Shown here piece by piece: positions 58,247-64,000 of a stretch of 64,000 bases of DNA. The notes under the pieces were generated by a model. The model did no database searches. It had not been told where the DNA came from and saw only the letters and a program-made list of their open reading frames with translations. Numbering within the stretch: position 1 is the stretch's first letter; every line of letters starts with the position of its first letter. The stretch comes from a virus. Its lineage: Duplodnaviria > Heunggongvirae > Uroviricota > Caudoviricetes. Both the position numbers and the translations under genes were made by a program. The DNA lies in the IMG/VR virus record IMGVR_UViG_2778261139_000002, positions 22,595-86,594 of that record. One strand, 5' to 3'.

Positions 58247-58945
58247 ATGCAGGATATTCCACAGGAAACACATCATGAGACGACACGCCTCACTCAGTCA
58301 GCCCAGGTGGTGCTCTGGGAAATCGATCTGACAGAGGTCGGTGGTGAACGTTATTTTTTCTGTAATGAGCAGAACGAAAAAGGTGAGCCGGTTACCTGGC
58401 AGGGGCGGCAGTATCAGGCATACCCCATTCAGGGGACGGGATTTGAACTGAATGGCAAGGGCAGTGCTGCCCGTCCGACACTGACGGTTTCTAACCTGCA
58501 CGGCATGGTCACCGGGATGGCGGAAGATCTGCAGAGTCTGGTCGGCGGAACGGTGGTCCGGCGTAAGGTTTACGCCCGTTTTCTGGATGCGGTGAACTTC
58601 GTCAACGGAAACAGTGACGCCGATCCGGAGCAGGAGGTGATCAGCCGCTGGCGCATCGAGCAGTGCAGCGAACTGAGCGCGGTGAGTGCCTCTTTTGTAC
58701 TGTCCACGCCGACGGAAACGGACGGTGCCGTTTTTCCGGGGCGCATCATGCTGGCCAACACCTGCACCTGGACCTATCGCGGTGACGAGTGCGGTTATCA
58801 CGGTCCGGCGGTCGCGGATGAATATGATCAGCCGACGTCCGATATCACGAAGGATAAATGCAGCAAATGCCTGAGCGGCTGTAAGTTTCGCAATAACGTC
58901 GGCAACTTTGGCGGCTTCCTTTCCATTAACAAACTTTCGCAGTGA
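58247..58945 (+). CDS. Minor tail protein L
   Basis: 232 aa, same length and position as lambda gpL; C-terminal Cys cluster. Confidence 0.85.
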   Translation: MQDIPQETHHETTRLTQSAQVVLWEIDLTEVGGERYFFCNEQNEKGEPVTWQGRQYQAYPIQGTGFELNGKGSAARPTLTVSNLHGMVTGMAEDLQSLVGGTVVRRKVYARFLDAVNFVNGNSDADPEQEVISRWRIEQCSELSAVSASFVLSTPTETDGAVFPGRIMLANTCTWTYRGDECGYHGPAVADEYDQPTSDITKDKCSKCLSGCKFRNNVGNFGGFLSINKLSQ

Positions 58946-59694
58946 ATCCCATGACAGAGACAGAATCAGCGATTCTGGCGCACGCCCGGCGATGTGCGCC
59001 AGCGGAGTCGTGCGGCTTCGTGGTGAGAACACCGGAGGGGGAAAGATATTTTCCCTGCGTGAATATCTCTGGTGAGCCGGAGGCGTATTTCCGGATGTCG
59101 CCGGAGGACTGGCTGAGTGCAGAAATGCAGGGAGAGATTGTGGCGCTGGTCCACAGCCACCCCGGTGGTCTGCCCTGGCTGAGTGAGGCCGACCGGCGGC
59201 TGCAGGTGCAGAGTGATTTGCCGTGGTGGCTGGTCTGCCGGGGGGCGATTCATAAATTCCGCTGTGTGCCGCATCTCACCGGGCGGCGCTTTGAGCACGG
59301 GGTGACGGACTGTTACACGCTGTTCCGGGACGCTTACCATCTGGCGGGAATTGAGATGCCGGATTTTCATCGCGGGGATGACTGGTGGCGTCACGGCCAG
59401 AATCTCTATCTGGATAATATGGAGGCAACGGGGTTGTATCAGGTGCCGTTGTCAGCGGCCCAGCCGGGCGATGTGCTGCTGTGCTGTTTTGGTTCATCGG
59501 TGCCGAATCATGCCGCCATTTACTGTGGCGACGGCGAGCTGCTGCACCATATTCCTGAACAACTGAGTAAACGAGAGAGGTACACCGACAAATGGCAGCG
59601 ACGCACACACTCCCTCTGGCGTCACCGGGCATGGCACGCATCTGCCTTTACGGGGATTTGCAACGATTTGGTCGCCGTATCGACCTTCGTGTGA
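58942..59694 (+). CDS. Tail tip assembly protein K (JAB/MPN plus NlpC/P60-like domains)
   Basis: JAMM-type VHSHPGG motif; Cys/His later in sequence; position as lambda gpK. Confidence 0.85.
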   Translation: MNPMTETESAILAHARRCAPAESCGFVVRTPEGERYFPCVNISGEPEAYFRMSPEDWLSAEMQGEIVALVHSHPGGLPWLSEADRRLQVQSDLPWWLVCRGAIHKFRCVPHLTGRRFEHGVTDCYTLFRDAYHLAGIEMPDFHRGDDWWRHGQNLYLDNMEATGLYQVPLSAAQPGDVLLCCFGSSVPNHAAIYCGDGELLHHIPEQLSKRERYTDKWQRRTHSLWRHRAWHASAFTGICNDLVAVSTFV

Positions 59695-60239
59695 AAACGG
59701 GGGCTGAAGCCATCCGGGCACTGGCCACACAGCTCCCGGTGTTTCGTCAGAAACTGAATGAGGGCTGGTATCAGGTGCGCATTGCCGGGCGTGATGCAGG
59801 CGAAAATGAATTATCTGCCCGTCTTAATGAGCCGCTGGCAAATGGTGCCGTGATCCACATCGTGCCGCGTCTGGCGGGAGCTAAAAGTGGCGGTGTGTTT
59901 CAGGTGGTGCTTGGGGCGGCGCTGATTGCGGTGGCATGGTGGAACCCTGTGGGCTGGCTGGGGGCCGCGGCTGTATCGGGCATGTATGCGGCAGGGGCCA
60001 GTATGATCCTGGGCGGAGTGGCGCAGATGCTGGCACCGAAAGCCAGGACGCCCACGGCAGCCAGTACAGATAACGGCAAACAGAACACCTATTTCTCCTC
60101 ACTGGATAACATGGTTGCCCAGGGCAATGTTCTGCCTGTTCTGTACGGTGAAATGCGCGTGGGGTCACGTGTGGTTTCTCAGGAGATCAGCACGGCAGAC
60201 GAAGGGGATGGTGGTCAGGTTGTGGTGATTGGTCGCTGA
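59592..60239 (+). CDS. Tail tip assembly protein I
   Basis: Near-identical to recalled lambda gpI N terminus (MAATHTLPLASPGMARICLYGDLQRFGRRIDLRVKTGAEAIRALATQLP); overlaps end of K as in lambda. Confidence 0.85.
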   Translation: MAATHTLPLASPGMARICLYGDLQRFGRRIDLRVKTGAEAIRALATQLPVFRQKLNEGWYQVRIAGRDAGENELSARLNEPLANGAVIHIVPRLAGAKSGGVFQVVLGAALIAVAWWNPVGWLGAAAVSGMYAAGASMILGGVAQMLAPKARTPTAASTDNGKQNTYFSSLDNMVAQGNVLPVLYGEMRVGSRVVSQEISTADEGDGGQVVVIGR

Positions 60240-60296
60240 TGCAAAATGTTTTATGTGAAATCGCCTCCGGGCGGTTTTATCGTTTATGGAGCGTGA

Positions 60297-63698
<3,402 letters not shown>

Positions 63699-63716
63699 AT
63701 TTTATAACCCAGAACG

Positions 63717-63742
63717 GGCGTCAGAAATGACGCCTTTTTTAT
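63717..63742 (+). terminator. Rho-independent terminator after J
   Basis: GGCGTCA-gaaa-TGACGCC followed by TTTTTTATT. Confidence 0.6.
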
Positions 63743-63764
63743 TGCAGAAAAGCGAGAGGTAATT

Positions 63765-64000
63765 ATGCGTAAACTTTATGCCGCCATTTTGTCCGCAGCC
63801 ATTTGTCTGGCCGTATCCGGTGCGCCTGCATGGGCGTCTGAACATCAGTCCACGCTGAGCGCGGGGTATCTTCATGCCTCGACGAACGTCCCCGGCAGTG
63901 ATGATCTGAACGGGATTAACGTGAAATACCGTTATGAGTTTACGGACACACTGGGGCTGGTGACGTCATTCAGCTATGCAGGAGACAAGAATCGCCAGCT
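63765..64000 (+). CDS. lom: Lom-like outer membrane protein (Ail/PagC family), 5-prime partial in window
   Basis: MRKLYAAILSAAICLAVSGAPAWASEHQSTLSAGYLHASTNV... signal peptide and beta-barrel start; runs off window end. Confidence 0.8.
   Translation, partial: MRKLYAAILSAAICLAVSGAPAWASEHQSTLSAGYLHASTNVPGSDDLNGINVKYRYEFTDTLGLVTSFSYAGDKNRQ

Overview
Enterobacterial (Escherichia coli-like) chromosomal window in three parts. (1) 1 to ~13808: the right-hand end of a phage-type mobile element that continues left of the window. It holds a partial glycine-zipper protein gene, a 421-aa coiled-coil protein, a giant 2793-codon ORF with two HExxH zincin-type motifs, and a convergently transcribed accessory module (DUF551-like, putative PD-(D/E)xK, Ead/Ea22-like, TraR/DksA zinc finger, AntA-like) ending against a truncated ynfG. 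(2) ~13809 to ~24135: core chromosome ynfF-ynfE-ynfD-ynfC-speG-ynfB-ynfA-rspA-rspB plus a 5-prime ydfJ fragment. (3) ~24136 to 64000 and beyond: a lambdoid prophage with the gene order of the defective K-12 Qin prophage but an apparently full gene set: int-xis-exonuclease-ydfD-dicB-DicF-ydfA-dicA/dicC, replication genes with an IS-type transposase insertion, flxA, relBE-hokD, rem, ydfU, Q antiterminator, cspF/cspB, pinholin-endolysin-Rz/Rz1, cspI, gnsB, ydfO, cos, terminase, non-lambda head genes, lambda-like tail genes Z-U-V-G-T-H-M-L-K-I-J and partial lom. The most interesting item is the giant ORF at 1549-9930. All calls come from reading the translated ORFs against recalled family signatures and K-12 sequences; no database search, HMM or folding was run, so family names are memory-based and boundaries are approximate where stated.
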